Source: a virus
Taxonomy: Duplodnaviria > Heunggongvirae > Uroviricota > Caudoviricetes
Reading direction: 5' to 3' (one strand)
Length of the DNA: 64,000 nucleotides
IMG/VR virus record: IMGVR_UViG_3300031555_007106
Shown here: in pieces, positions 50,854 through 61,200 of the stretch
Layout of the letters: each line of letters opens with the position of its first letter
Numbering within the stretch: position 1 is the stretch's first letter
Translations under genes and position numbers: made by a program
Notes under the pieces: generated by a model
Databases searched by the model: none
Told to the model about the DNA's origin: nothing
The model's input: only the letters and a program-made list of their open reading frames with translations

Positions 50854-51318
50854 CTAAACTTCTACATGGTCAACAACCATTTCGTAAGTTATATGCGGAT
50901 GATACCTGAAAAACAATCCCAAAGCCTCATTTAAAGAAACTGCATTGACGTAACAATAAAATCTCTTTGTATTCACCTCAAAGATTATTTCATAACATGC
51001 AAGTTCTTTAATTGAAATGCTATCCGAAGGTCTGTCAAGGTCAAGTATGTTTTCTTCATTATAACGTTTTAACTCAGGGAAATCATCGTGTTTTCTTATT
51101 TCATCAGGTGATAACCCCGTATTTTCATATTCAGCAAGACGATTGAAAGCTTCTTGAATTGGACATTCATAACAATTAAAATCACAATTTTCACAATTCT
51201 CTTCACAACCGAGCTCATCTGTAGGCTCGCCGTCTCTGCCAAATGTGCATAAATCCTTAAGCGTGTAGCCATTCTCAACCACACTGCTATCCATTGTTAA
51301 TCTATCTTTTAAATTCAT
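50854..51318 (-). CDS. hypothetical phage-type protein
   Basis: RLAEYENTGLSPDEI motif common in Firmicutes phage ORFs. Confidence 0.55.
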   Translation of the reverse strand: MNLKDRLTMDSSVVENGYTLKDLCTFGRDGEPTDELGCEENCENCDFNCYECPIQEAFNRLAEYENTGLSPDEIRKHDDFPELKRYNEENILDLDRPSDSISIKELACYEIIFEVNTKRFYCYVNAVSLNEALGLFFRYHPHITYEMVVDHVEV

Positions 51319-51321
51319 ATT

Positions 51322-51936
51322 TTATTCTCCTTCACGTACGTAACACCATGATTGAGGAGCTTTTGCAACAGGTTTACAACCGCAACAAAGACATCCTGTT
51401 AATCCTGCTATAGTTTCATAATAATCACATTTATAGCATTTATCGCTTAAGTGATTATCATTGAAGGCACCACAAAGAACCTCAAATTCACGAAGTTCCT
51501 TTGGTTTATCATACATAACAAGATTACTTATATGCCAAAAATAAGACGTTTTGTTCCCCACATACTCAAAATATTCTTCTGGAGTTAAACAGGTTTGAGA
51601 GTATAAAGCAGAAGCATTGAATACTTCATTTTTCTTTATCACTTCAATTTTGTCGCATATAAACTCTCCAATAACCCTACCGTTACAGCAGTTACCCCAT
51701 ATCTTATTCGAAGAAACTTTGTATTCAATTAGATGATTTGGAAGAACTTCATCCTTATATTCGATAAGGCCATCGCCGTATGTACAATAAATATAACACT
51801 TAAATGGAGTCTGAAGACGTTTGGGCATTGATTTTCTTACCTCTACAGTCTTCTTTCCTGATGCAATTAGCTGACAAAAGCGAGGTGCTATACTCATTAA
51901 CACCGATTCATTTAACATTGTTTCATCCATAAACAA
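51322..51936 (-). CDS. ASCH-domain protein
   Basis: LMSIAPRF..LIASGKKTVEVRK...GRVIGEF...APQSWCY. Confidence 0.8.
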   Translation of the reverse strand: MFMDETMLNESVLMSIAPRFCQLIASGKKTVEVRKSMPKRLQTPFKCYIYCTYGDGLIEYKDEVLPNHLIEYKVSSNKIWGNCCNGRVIGEFICDKIEVIKKNEVFNASALYSQTCLTPEEYFEYVGNKTSYFWHISNLVMYDKPKELREFEVLCGAFNDNHLSDKCYKCDYYETIAGLTGCLCCGCKPVAKAPQSWCYVREGE

Positions 51937-52322
51937 TTCCTTTCTTAACTTATGTAAACATTGTACACAAGTGCGCCGCCATCTCCCGCAATTCCTCTTC
52001 GAGGAAAATCCTTTAATAAAAAAGGTGTAATTGTTGTCTTTTCATAATCATTTATACGAACAGCCACCATATCATAAAGCTCTTCGGGTGAAGTGTTTTC
52101 AGCTTCAATAATGTCCATGAATATTAACTTTCCGTTGCGTCTATAATAATTCACATGAAACCCGCAGCTACTAAGAGCTTCACCAAATGTTACGACTTTT
52201 GCGTAATTTTGATTATCAGCAATAAGCTCTGCAATTAACGTATTGGGCTTAAAAACAGACACATCAGAAACTTTCTTACAATTCTTATATAATTTGAATA
52301 TTGCCATATCTTTTCCCTTTCA

Positions 52323-52823
52323 TTACCCTTCTTTCGGGTCAGCTTCAGCGATAAATGACTTTACAACCTCTTCTACAGCTTCAAACTTTGCAAGTTCAGA
52401 ATTTAATTTCTCATCAGTGAGTGCATTTATATAATCTCTTATGTATCGCATCAACTTTTCTTTTTTGGAAGTCATATAATCGGTGGCGTTTATTTGATTA
52501 TACAAGCAATTTGCAAGTTTCTTCTTTAACTTGTTTTTCTGAACTAAAAGCATCATTTCTGAAGTTACTTTATACAAGTATGTGTATTTTAGATTAATTT
52601 CAGTGCCATTTTCGCTGTATGCTTTTGTTCGCTTTGGGGTAATTCGTGCAATTTGCATAATTCTGAAATTATTACAAAGATAACTTCCCCAGCCATACTT
52701 CGCATCTTCCTGCATAGCTACAAAGTCACCGACTTTAATTTCGTCGTTTTCAAGCCTATCAAAATCCTTATTTATCATTCTCTTTCCTTTCTTGAGTATA
52801 CTGGATTTAATACGGTATATCAA
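52323..52823 (-). CDS. hypothetical protein
   Basis: 166 aa ORF in operon. Confidence 0.5.
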   Translation of the reverse strand: MIYRIKSSILKKGKRMINKDFDRLENDEIKVGDFVAMQEDAKYGWGSYLCNNFRIMQIARITPKRTKAYSENGTEINLKYTYLYKVTSEMMLLVQKNKLKKKLANCLYNQINATDYMTSKKEKLMRYIRDYINALTDEKLNSELAKFEAVEEVVKSFIAEADPKEG

Positions 52824-53226
52824 ATCCAGTATACTGCATTATCTTTATTTAGCTTTCTTCATCAATCCTCATAAACAACGCAACAAATGAAAAATGTCAC
52901 ATCCATCATTGTTTCTGTTCTAAAAGTTATATCCAGAACATTTTTTTCACTACAAAATTGGTTCACTTCCTTTGAGAATAATTCAACTCCGTTGTTTTTG
53001 TCTAAAAAAATACCCTTACGAAAAATTTTAATCTGCTTCATTTTCATTCTCCTTATATCCTGCACCATCGCATGGCATATTATTTACGTTATTGTCATCA
53101 CATCTGATTGTAGACGGACAACTAACCATATTCATAATTGTACAACACCCATTGCAACGATGCTTGCAATTGTTAGGCTCAGCAGTCATACTATTGAAAT
53201 CCATACATACCTACCTTTCTTTGTTC

Positions 53227-54018
53227 TCACACAGCCGTTTCTACGATATTCAATTCAACGATATAAGTAACATCATTAAAATTGAATTCCATTCTTTTAT
53301 CAATAGAGTACATACAGTCAAATGTAGCTAACACAAATCCGTTTTCACCGTATAAAACGTTGTTATCATAGTAATTCTCATTACCGCTGCATACATCAAT
53401 GGTTATTGAATGGCCGTTATCAAATTTGATGTCAAACAGAGGGATACAATCGTCTCTCTTTGCGTCTAAGAACTCTGCCATTCTCTTTTCTTCTTCAATT
53501 TCAGCAAGTTCTTCTTCTGTAAAGCTGTGCTCACCATTAGCGTCAGTGAAATCATCAAGGCAAAAATTGAGAATATTTAAGTCTTCTATTTCTAAAAGAG
53601 AATTAACCCTATCGAATAAAGCTCTTTCGATTTCGACTGTTGCTGTAAATAATCTTGCAGACTTACTACCATTGAGATTGCTTTCATCAACAAGTTCAAT
53701 ATAAACTTCTTCACAGCCGTTGTTGATAAGATATGCTGAAAAGCGATTTATAAATTTTGCCGCCCAATTTCTCTTACCATAGTTAAGTTCGTGAGCAAAA
53801 AAACGGCCACCACCGCAATAATTACACAATACAACATCTGAATCAGCAAAGCCGGTTATTTTCAGCTTATATGCTTGTTCATACTTCTCTGTCGCGCAAT
53901 TGTAAGAGCCATAAAACTTAATATCTACGGCATCCCATTTATTTTCTGGAGACTTATTTATTACGTATGCGGCGAATTCCTCGGTTGACATTGTTTTTAC
54001 ATTCTTATTCTTGTTCAT
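53227..54018 (-). CDS. hypothetical protein, paralog of 54041..54796
   Basis: shared FY..YN..TE.YE.AYKL and IE....R.N.LL.IEDL motifs. Confidence 0.6.
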   Translation of the reverse strand: MNKNKNVKTMSTEEFAAYVINKSPENKWDAVDIKFYGSYNCATEKYEQAYKLKITGFADSDVVLCNYCGGGRFFAHELNYGKRNWAAKFINRFSAYLINNGCEEVYIELVDESNLNGSKSARLFTATVEIERALFDRVNSLLEIEDLNILNFCLDDFTDANGEHSFTEEELAEIEEEKRMAEFLDAKRDDCIPLFDIKFDNGHSITIDVCSGNENYYDNNVLYGENGFVLATFDCMYSIDKRMEFNFNDVTYIVELNIVETAV

Positions 54019-54040
54019 AATTATTTTCCTTTCATAACAT

Positions 54041-54796
54041 TTACTTTAAAGTAACATTTACAACATAAGTAATATTTTCGTGAATAAAACTCATTCTTTC
54101 GTCAATCTTACCGTTGCCGTAAAATTCGGTTATTTCACGCCCATCCTTATCCTTTAAGAAGAAGTTATCAAAATATCTTTCGTTATTACTGCTTACATCA
54201 GCCTCTAACGAATATCCGTTTGCAAATTCAACTACAAACAAAGGATAATAATCATCAGTCTCTGCACGTAATTTTTCAGCATCTCTTTTTTGATATACAA
54301 ATTCTTCTATTTCTTCGCATGAAGAATGACCTTCGGCGTCAACAGGGTCGAAATCAAGAATGCTGAGGTCTTCAATCTTAAGGAGAGCATTAAGTCTTTC
54401 AACGTATTCTCTTTCAAGTGTACATTTTGCGACGAAAATTTCTTCTTTTTCGATTTTATCTTCCCAAGTTTTTTCTACATAAACTGTATCAAAAACCATT
54501 CGGAACCAATAATCCTCAAGTGTTTCCTTTATGAGAGCTTCCGGCTCGTCACATACAGTGGGGTCATATTCACAAGAAGCGTATCCGCCACCGCCGTAAC
54601 TGTTACATAAAAGGATTCGAGAATCAACGAACGAGGTCTTGCGCAGCTTATAAGCATCCTCATACTCTTCAGTCGATTCATTGTATGTGCTGTAAAACTC
54701 GACATCAAAATCCTTGTCAGGATTTTTCTCGATTAAACCAAGCACATGAGCGATAAACGTATCGCAGTTCATTTCAATGCATCTTACGTCTTTCAT
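54041..54796 (-). CDS. hypothetical protein, paralog of 53227..54018
   Basis: see paralog; first gene after promoter cassette at 54837-54874. Confidence 0.6.
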   Translation of the reverse strand: MKDVRCIEMNCDTFIAHVLGLIEKNPDKDFDVEFYSTYNESTEEYEDAYKLRKTSFVDSRILLCNSYGGGGYASCEYDPTVCDEPEALIKETLEDYWFRMVFDTVYVEKTWEDKIEKEEIFVAKCTLEREYVERLNALLKIEDLSILDFDPVDAEGHSSCEEIEEFVYQKRDAEKLRAETDDYYPLFVVEFANGYSLEADVSSNNERYFDNFFLKDKDGREITEFYGNGKIDERMSFIHENITYVVNVTLK

Positions 54797-54892
54797 GTTT
54801 TCATTTCCTTTCGTAAATAATAGTCAATATCTTATATCTCCAGTCATCATAAAAATATTGCTATACATAGTATGATAAATTTCCCATAAAAC

Positions 54893-54919
54893 AAAAAAGC
54901 CCGCCGAAGCGAGCTTTTT
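54893..54919 (-). terminator. intrinsic terminator (UUCG-loop family)
   Basis: GCTCGC-TTCG-GCGGGC-T6. Confidence 0.8.
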
Positions 54920-55260
54920 GTTATCCGTTTTCGTACACATCTTTTCCTATCTCATTGATGTCAAATATTTCACTATATCTTTTGTAGCGTCCTACTTCTG
55001 CTCTGTCGTCTGCAAGCATTTTCGTATTACGAGGTATTTTAACCTTAAATTCTTTCTTCAACAAGATAATTATGGAGATAGATATTAACACCAAAAATAC
55101 TATCAAAAGGGTATGTGTGACCACTTCTACCCATTCCATTTTTATTACCTCCTTTTTTATCGGCAATTTCTAAAGAAAAATTTCTTATTTTTTTGCGCTA
55201 TTTTGCCGATAGCGGTATAAAACAAGGCGGTTTTACCCGCCTTGTCATTAGTTCTGACGA

Positions 55261-58200
55261 TTATCTATCGCCATCTTTATTCTTCTTCCCTGTTCTACCA
55301 GTAATCACTACTGTTATCGCAGATACAGCCAAAGGAATCAAATTGAGAACAACACCAGTAGGAACAGGTGAATCTTCGTCCTCTTCTTCCTCTTCCTCGT
55401 CATTGTCGTCATCGTCAGGAATGTTATCATCTTCATCTGGCGTGTTATCATCCTTATCTTCTTCCTCTTCGTCGTCCTTATCTTCTTCGTCGTCTTCATT
55501 GTCCTCTACGGGAGTTTCGTCGTCTTCGTCAGCAGGTACGTCTTCGTCGGGAGTTTCTTCAACATCAGGAGTTTGTTCAGGAGCAAATTCTACGATAATG
55601 TCGTATGTTTTCTTGATAGAGGGGTCTTCTGCTGTTACTGTATATTCAAGAGATTTTGTAAAGTCTTGTGCTTCATCTTCGTCAGGGTCAATATCTTCGC
55701 CCACCCAAATGATTTCAGGGACTTTGTTTTTAAGCTCTTCTACTGGATAATCACTTGGTAAGGTAATTGTGATAATACCCTTGTCTTGGTCGATTTCAGC
55801 CTTGTGTTCATCAATATAGAACTCAATTATTTTCGCTTCCTTATCCTTTTCAGGAGTTGAAGGAATTGAAGGAATTACAGGTGCAACAGGCTTATCAGCG
55901 TGTTTAACAACAATATCATATTCCTTTTTAACAGACGGGTCTTGTGCTGTTACAGTGTACTTAACATCTTCTGTAAAGTCCTGTACCTCGTCTTCATCAG
56001 GAGTAATGTCTTTACCTACCCAGATAATAGAAGGAGCTTTATTTTCAAGTTCGCTATCAGGATAGTCGTAAGGTATAATTACAGTAATGATACCCTTGTC
56101 TTGGTCGATTTCGCCCTTATAGCTGTCGATATAGAATTCAATAATCTTAGCGTCTGTATCAGGCTTTTCGTATTCAACAACAATATCATAAGATTTCTTA
56201 ATGGATGGGTCTTCTGCTGTAACGGTATACTCAACAGGCTTTGTAAAGTCTTGTGGAGCGTCCTCGTTAGGAGTAATATCTTCGCCTACCCATTTGATTT
56301 CGGGTATCTTATTTTCGAGTTCTTCTTTAGGATAATCGTAAGGAAGTGTTACGGTAATAATGCCTTTTTCGTCGTCGATTTTGCCTTCATATTCGTCGAT
56401 TTTGAATTCTGTAATCTTTGCTTCCTTATCCTTTTCGGGAACGGAAGGGACTGTAGGCTTATCTTCATACTTGATAATGATGTCATATTCCTTAGAAACA
56501 GAGGGGTCTTCTGCTGTTACTGTATAGCTTACAGGTCCAGTGAAGTTCTGAGGTTTATCATCATCAGGAGTAATGTCCCTGCCTATCCACTTAATTTCAG
56601 GAACTTTATCTTTAAGTTCCTCTTCGGGATAGTCATAAGGAAGAGTTACAGTGATTGCACCTTTGTCGGAGTCAATTTCACCTTCGTATTCATCAATCTT
56701 GAATTCTGTGATTTCTGCGTCCTTGCTTGGAGTGTAAGGAGAATCTTTATACTTGATAACAACATTATAATCTTTCGTAATAAGAACATCTTCAGCTGTA
56801 ACAGTGTATTTTACAATATTTGTAAAATCTTGAGCTTCATTTTCATCAGGCAAAAGGGTTTCCCCACCCCATACAATTGTAGGAATCTTGTTCTTGAGTG
56901 TATTCTGAGGATAATCATAAGGCAATGTTACTGTAATAATACCGTTATTTTGGTCAATTTCAGCCTCATATTCATCAATATAGAATTCATAGATTGTTGC
57001 TGTTGTATCGGGATAATCAATTACAACATTTACTGTATAATCATTTGTAACCGTCTTATCTTGAGATGTTACTGTATAAACAACAGGCTGTGTGAAATTT
57101 TGATTATCAAGAATTGTAGGTGCAACGGTTGCATTGGGAGAAATTTCAAGCTCAGAGGGTGGTGTATCCGTAATATCAATACCATAAGGAATTGTTACTT
57201 CAACTGTCTTCTCGTCTTGGTTAATAACACCCTCGAAACCTAAAATAGCAAACTTAATCAAGTTAGCCTTGTTACTAAGACGATTAACGATGATATCATA
57301 AGTTACTTCAGTATTATCCCCTGCTACAACTGTATACTGAACAGGTAAAGTAAAGTCTTGTTCCATGTCATCAGCAGGATAAATAGCTTTTCCTGTATAA
57401 ATAATTTCGTCAGGTGTTATACCTGTAAGATTTGTGCCAAAAGGTACATCAAATGTGATTGTAAGTTCATCTTGATTAATCACACCTTCAATACCTGCAA
57501 TAACAAGCTTGTCGATATGAGCCTCATCATCAGCAATGCGATTTATAATAAAATTATAGGTTCTTGCAAACGTAGACTGGCTTTCAACAGTATATGCAGT
57601 ATTTTCATCTGTAAGGTCAACAGAATTGATTTTTGAAGGAGTAATACGTTTACCTGTAAAATCAATATTATCAGGTACTATGCTTGTTAAATCCATACTC
57701 TTAGGTACGTTTAACGTAATAACATTTGAATCATCATCGATATGACCGTAAATACCGGACATCTTAAATTCATTGATAACGGCTGTATCAGAATCTACTG
57801 TATCAACTTTAACGACATAGCTTACAGGTGTCATATCTGTTGTATATAACGTATAAACTTGGTCCACAAGGAAATTAAGCTCATCTTCTACTGTAGGTGT
57901 GATACTTTCAGCAGAATAAGCAATATCATCAGGTTTAAGTGATAACAAATCTGTATTTTCAGGCAATGTAACCGTGATAGTCTTTGTTGCTTGATTTATG
58001 TTACCATGTACGCCGTTGATAACGTAATCATATATACGCATCGTGTACGCACTTTGATGAACTGTTACAATATAAGTTACAGTCTGATTATCACCGTATG
58101 TTACAGTATATTCAACAGGTTTTGTAAAATCCTGTCTTGCTGTAACTCCGGGAGTGATATAATCTCCCACATAGAGAATTTCAGGCAATGCATTACTTAC

Positions 58201-61200
58201 ATAAGTACTCTTAGGAACGGTGATTTCGATTGTTTTGTTTGTTTGGTCTATTTCTCCGGGTATGCCAAATAATACAAAATCTGTTATACCGCCTTCAAAA
58301 GGAATACATTCACCTGTTATGGTTACATTTTCATCGGGCATATAGAACATATTGCCTGCAACGAGTTCTCCGTTAACACGAATATCACTTACTATATAGC
58401 CATCTTCGACATTCTGTACAAATGTAACTTTTTCTCCTTCAGCAGAAACGTAAACAGAAGGAGTAATTGTACCGTGCTCATCATTTTCAATGTCGACTGT
58501 AATATAACGAGCTGTTTTGAAAACAGGTGTAATTACAGTATCAATACTCTGTTGAACATAACCGGAAATATCATAAGAACCTGTTGTATTGCGTAACGCA
58601 AATGTTCTTGTTAATGGAGTTGAAGGAATAACAGACTCTCTCGATGCACCAAGTTTCTGCAAAGCATAAATAAGCATTATTTCATCAGAATCGGTTGTTA
58701 CACTTGTAACAGGATGTTCGTCAGCTTTAATATAAATAGAACCATCTGTTGTAGCTGTGCCACCGATACCGGCGATTTCCAATTCGCCGCCTTCGGCGTC
58801 ATTTACTGTTGTTTTAAAAACAGGGCTAAGATTATAATAACCATCGACGCAACGCTTAGGTAAATACATATCAGCAATTGTTAATGTTGCCGGAATTTCC
58901 CATAAAATTTCATTTGTAATAGAATTTTTAAGAGATACATTTTCTTCCATTACTGTCCAAGCGTATGAACGCTTATCTCCAGATGCACCATTATCAAGCT
59001 GATACGCAAGTTCGCCTGTTTTGATAGCTTCATTATTTGTATAAGCTACACCCGTTGCAAGTTTTTTCAAATCTTCAACAGTTGTATCATTTTTCAACAA
59101 CTTAGATTTATAATCGTATGTATAATTGCTTGTAACCTTGTAATTATGAACAGCCCATTCTGCAAGCTCATTGGAAGTATCACCGTTAGACCATGCAGTT
59201 TTGATATCTTCCCAATTATAAGCTATATCATAGATATCATATTCTGTGTTTGATAAAGTTAACGCAGTAGCACCTTGGTTTGTGGGAACAAAACAGTTAA
59301 TGTAGTTTACATTATTAGGTGAAAGTTTATACCAAGTAGTTAATAAAGCTGCACCTGTTACATATTCGCTTGAATAATTTGAAGCTTCTCCGAATAAATA
59401 CGCCAAATCCGCAACATTTAAAAATCCACCTTGCGAACCTTCACTTGTTTCATCAATTTCTGACAAATTAATTAAATCAAGATTATATAAATCAAGATAA
59501 CAATTCTTAAATGCTATATTACCATTACGACCTGAATCATACATATCTGCAACACATGATGCTTGTGTTGTTAATAATCCTGAATATGGACTTAAAGAAT
59601 TCGAGCGGAATGCTACATTGTACATATAGAGGATTCCTGCATTACCAGTATAATGATACATTGCAGATGTCGCTATTTCAGCAGGCTGTTTTGTTTCCAA
59701 GTCAAAAACATTCATCTCGATATATGCATCTCTCAACCCACTGCCTAACAAACTTTCACATGTTTCAGGATAGAAAGCAGCAATGTTATTTACACTTAAA
59801 TCAGATGGCACATAAATGTTTGAATATATATATATATTTGATGCAGGCATATTAAATCTATTAGCATCAAACAGCGAAATGTCAGCGCATGAACCATAGT
59901 ACGAATTTTGACTTTGATTACACTTTGTTTTTATATTTAATTTAGGTGCAATTAACGTAAAACCATCTATCGTAGTACAATCATCTGCTGCGAATAAAAA
60001 ACCATTAGTGTTTACATCTCCTTGACCGAAAAACAAATTATCCGGCATAGAATCAATGTAAAAAAGATTGTTTTTTAATACCGCACTGTCAAAATATCCC
60101 AAATTTCCGATATTGCCTTTACATGATTCGTCAAATGTTAAATAAACTTCATTGTTTGTAAAATGCCTATTTTCAGATTGTGTTATAGCTGGTGACAGAG
60201 GTTTAAGTTCTCCCGTGTAATTAATAGACCAACGACAGTTATCAGCATTAATCATAGAAAACGCAGCTGAGCCGCCTGTTGCTTCTTTTACAATGTAATC
60301 AACATTTTCCCAATAATTTCCTATACCGTATGTGAGATACCCTGCCGGTTGGAAATAATAAGTACTCCACCCATTGGTATAATTATATTCAAGCTTTTCT
60401 ATATTGATAACGGTATCGCGAACTCTGTTGCCCATAGCATAACAATAGGATTCACCAATGTTCACTGTACAATTTGATAATTCTCCTAACGAACCAACGT
60501 ACGCACTATTGTATTTGCTTAAATTAATAGTTGTGTTATGAGCATTTACCCACATTGGTTCATTTCCGTCTTCAACATTTATTGTAATAGTTGAATCAGA
60601 TACATACTGAGCTGTAAGGCCATAAGTTGTATTACCCGCAGTTCTAGCTAACTGTAAATGAATATTACTATTAAGTATAGTTAACCCCCAAACAGCATCA
60701 GAATTATACGTATAACCTAAGCTGAATTGAGTGTTAATCGAAACATATACATTACAATTATCTAAAACCATCGCATTGAAATAACTGGACGAATACTGAT
60801 TTGAATACAAATAGAGCATATAATATGTGCTTCCGCGCATATTCGGCATATATAATTCGAAGGTCGAATCTTCTATGGTTCCTGCGTAATTATAAAACAT
60901 ATAATTAGCACTTGTTCCTGTAAAAGTATAATTCAAATAGTTTATATTTTTAAACGTACCTGAACCGCCGTAGGTTACACCAAGAAAAACATTCGATTGG
61001 CCATTTTCAGCAACAACAGTTACATCTTCGATATATCCAGTGGTATAGTGTCCAATAAAATAATCATTACTATAAGTTTGATTCGTTTCAGAATAGTCTT
61101 CAACAATTACATTCACTCCAGAAATAATGCCCGCATTTATACAACAAGCACCTGTATGAATAAGTGTCAAATCATACATTCTACCCATATTGACACTTGC

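Noticed and set aside
1388..54610. Numerous 60-160 aa + strand ORFs in the track
   Set aside because: All overlap better-supported minus-strand genes and lack RBS; treated as shadow ORFs.
55193..57243. Long + strand ORFs (185 aa Ser-rich, 447 aa hydrophobic)
   Set aside because: Antisense shadows of the acidic and repetitive part of the 2691-aa gene.
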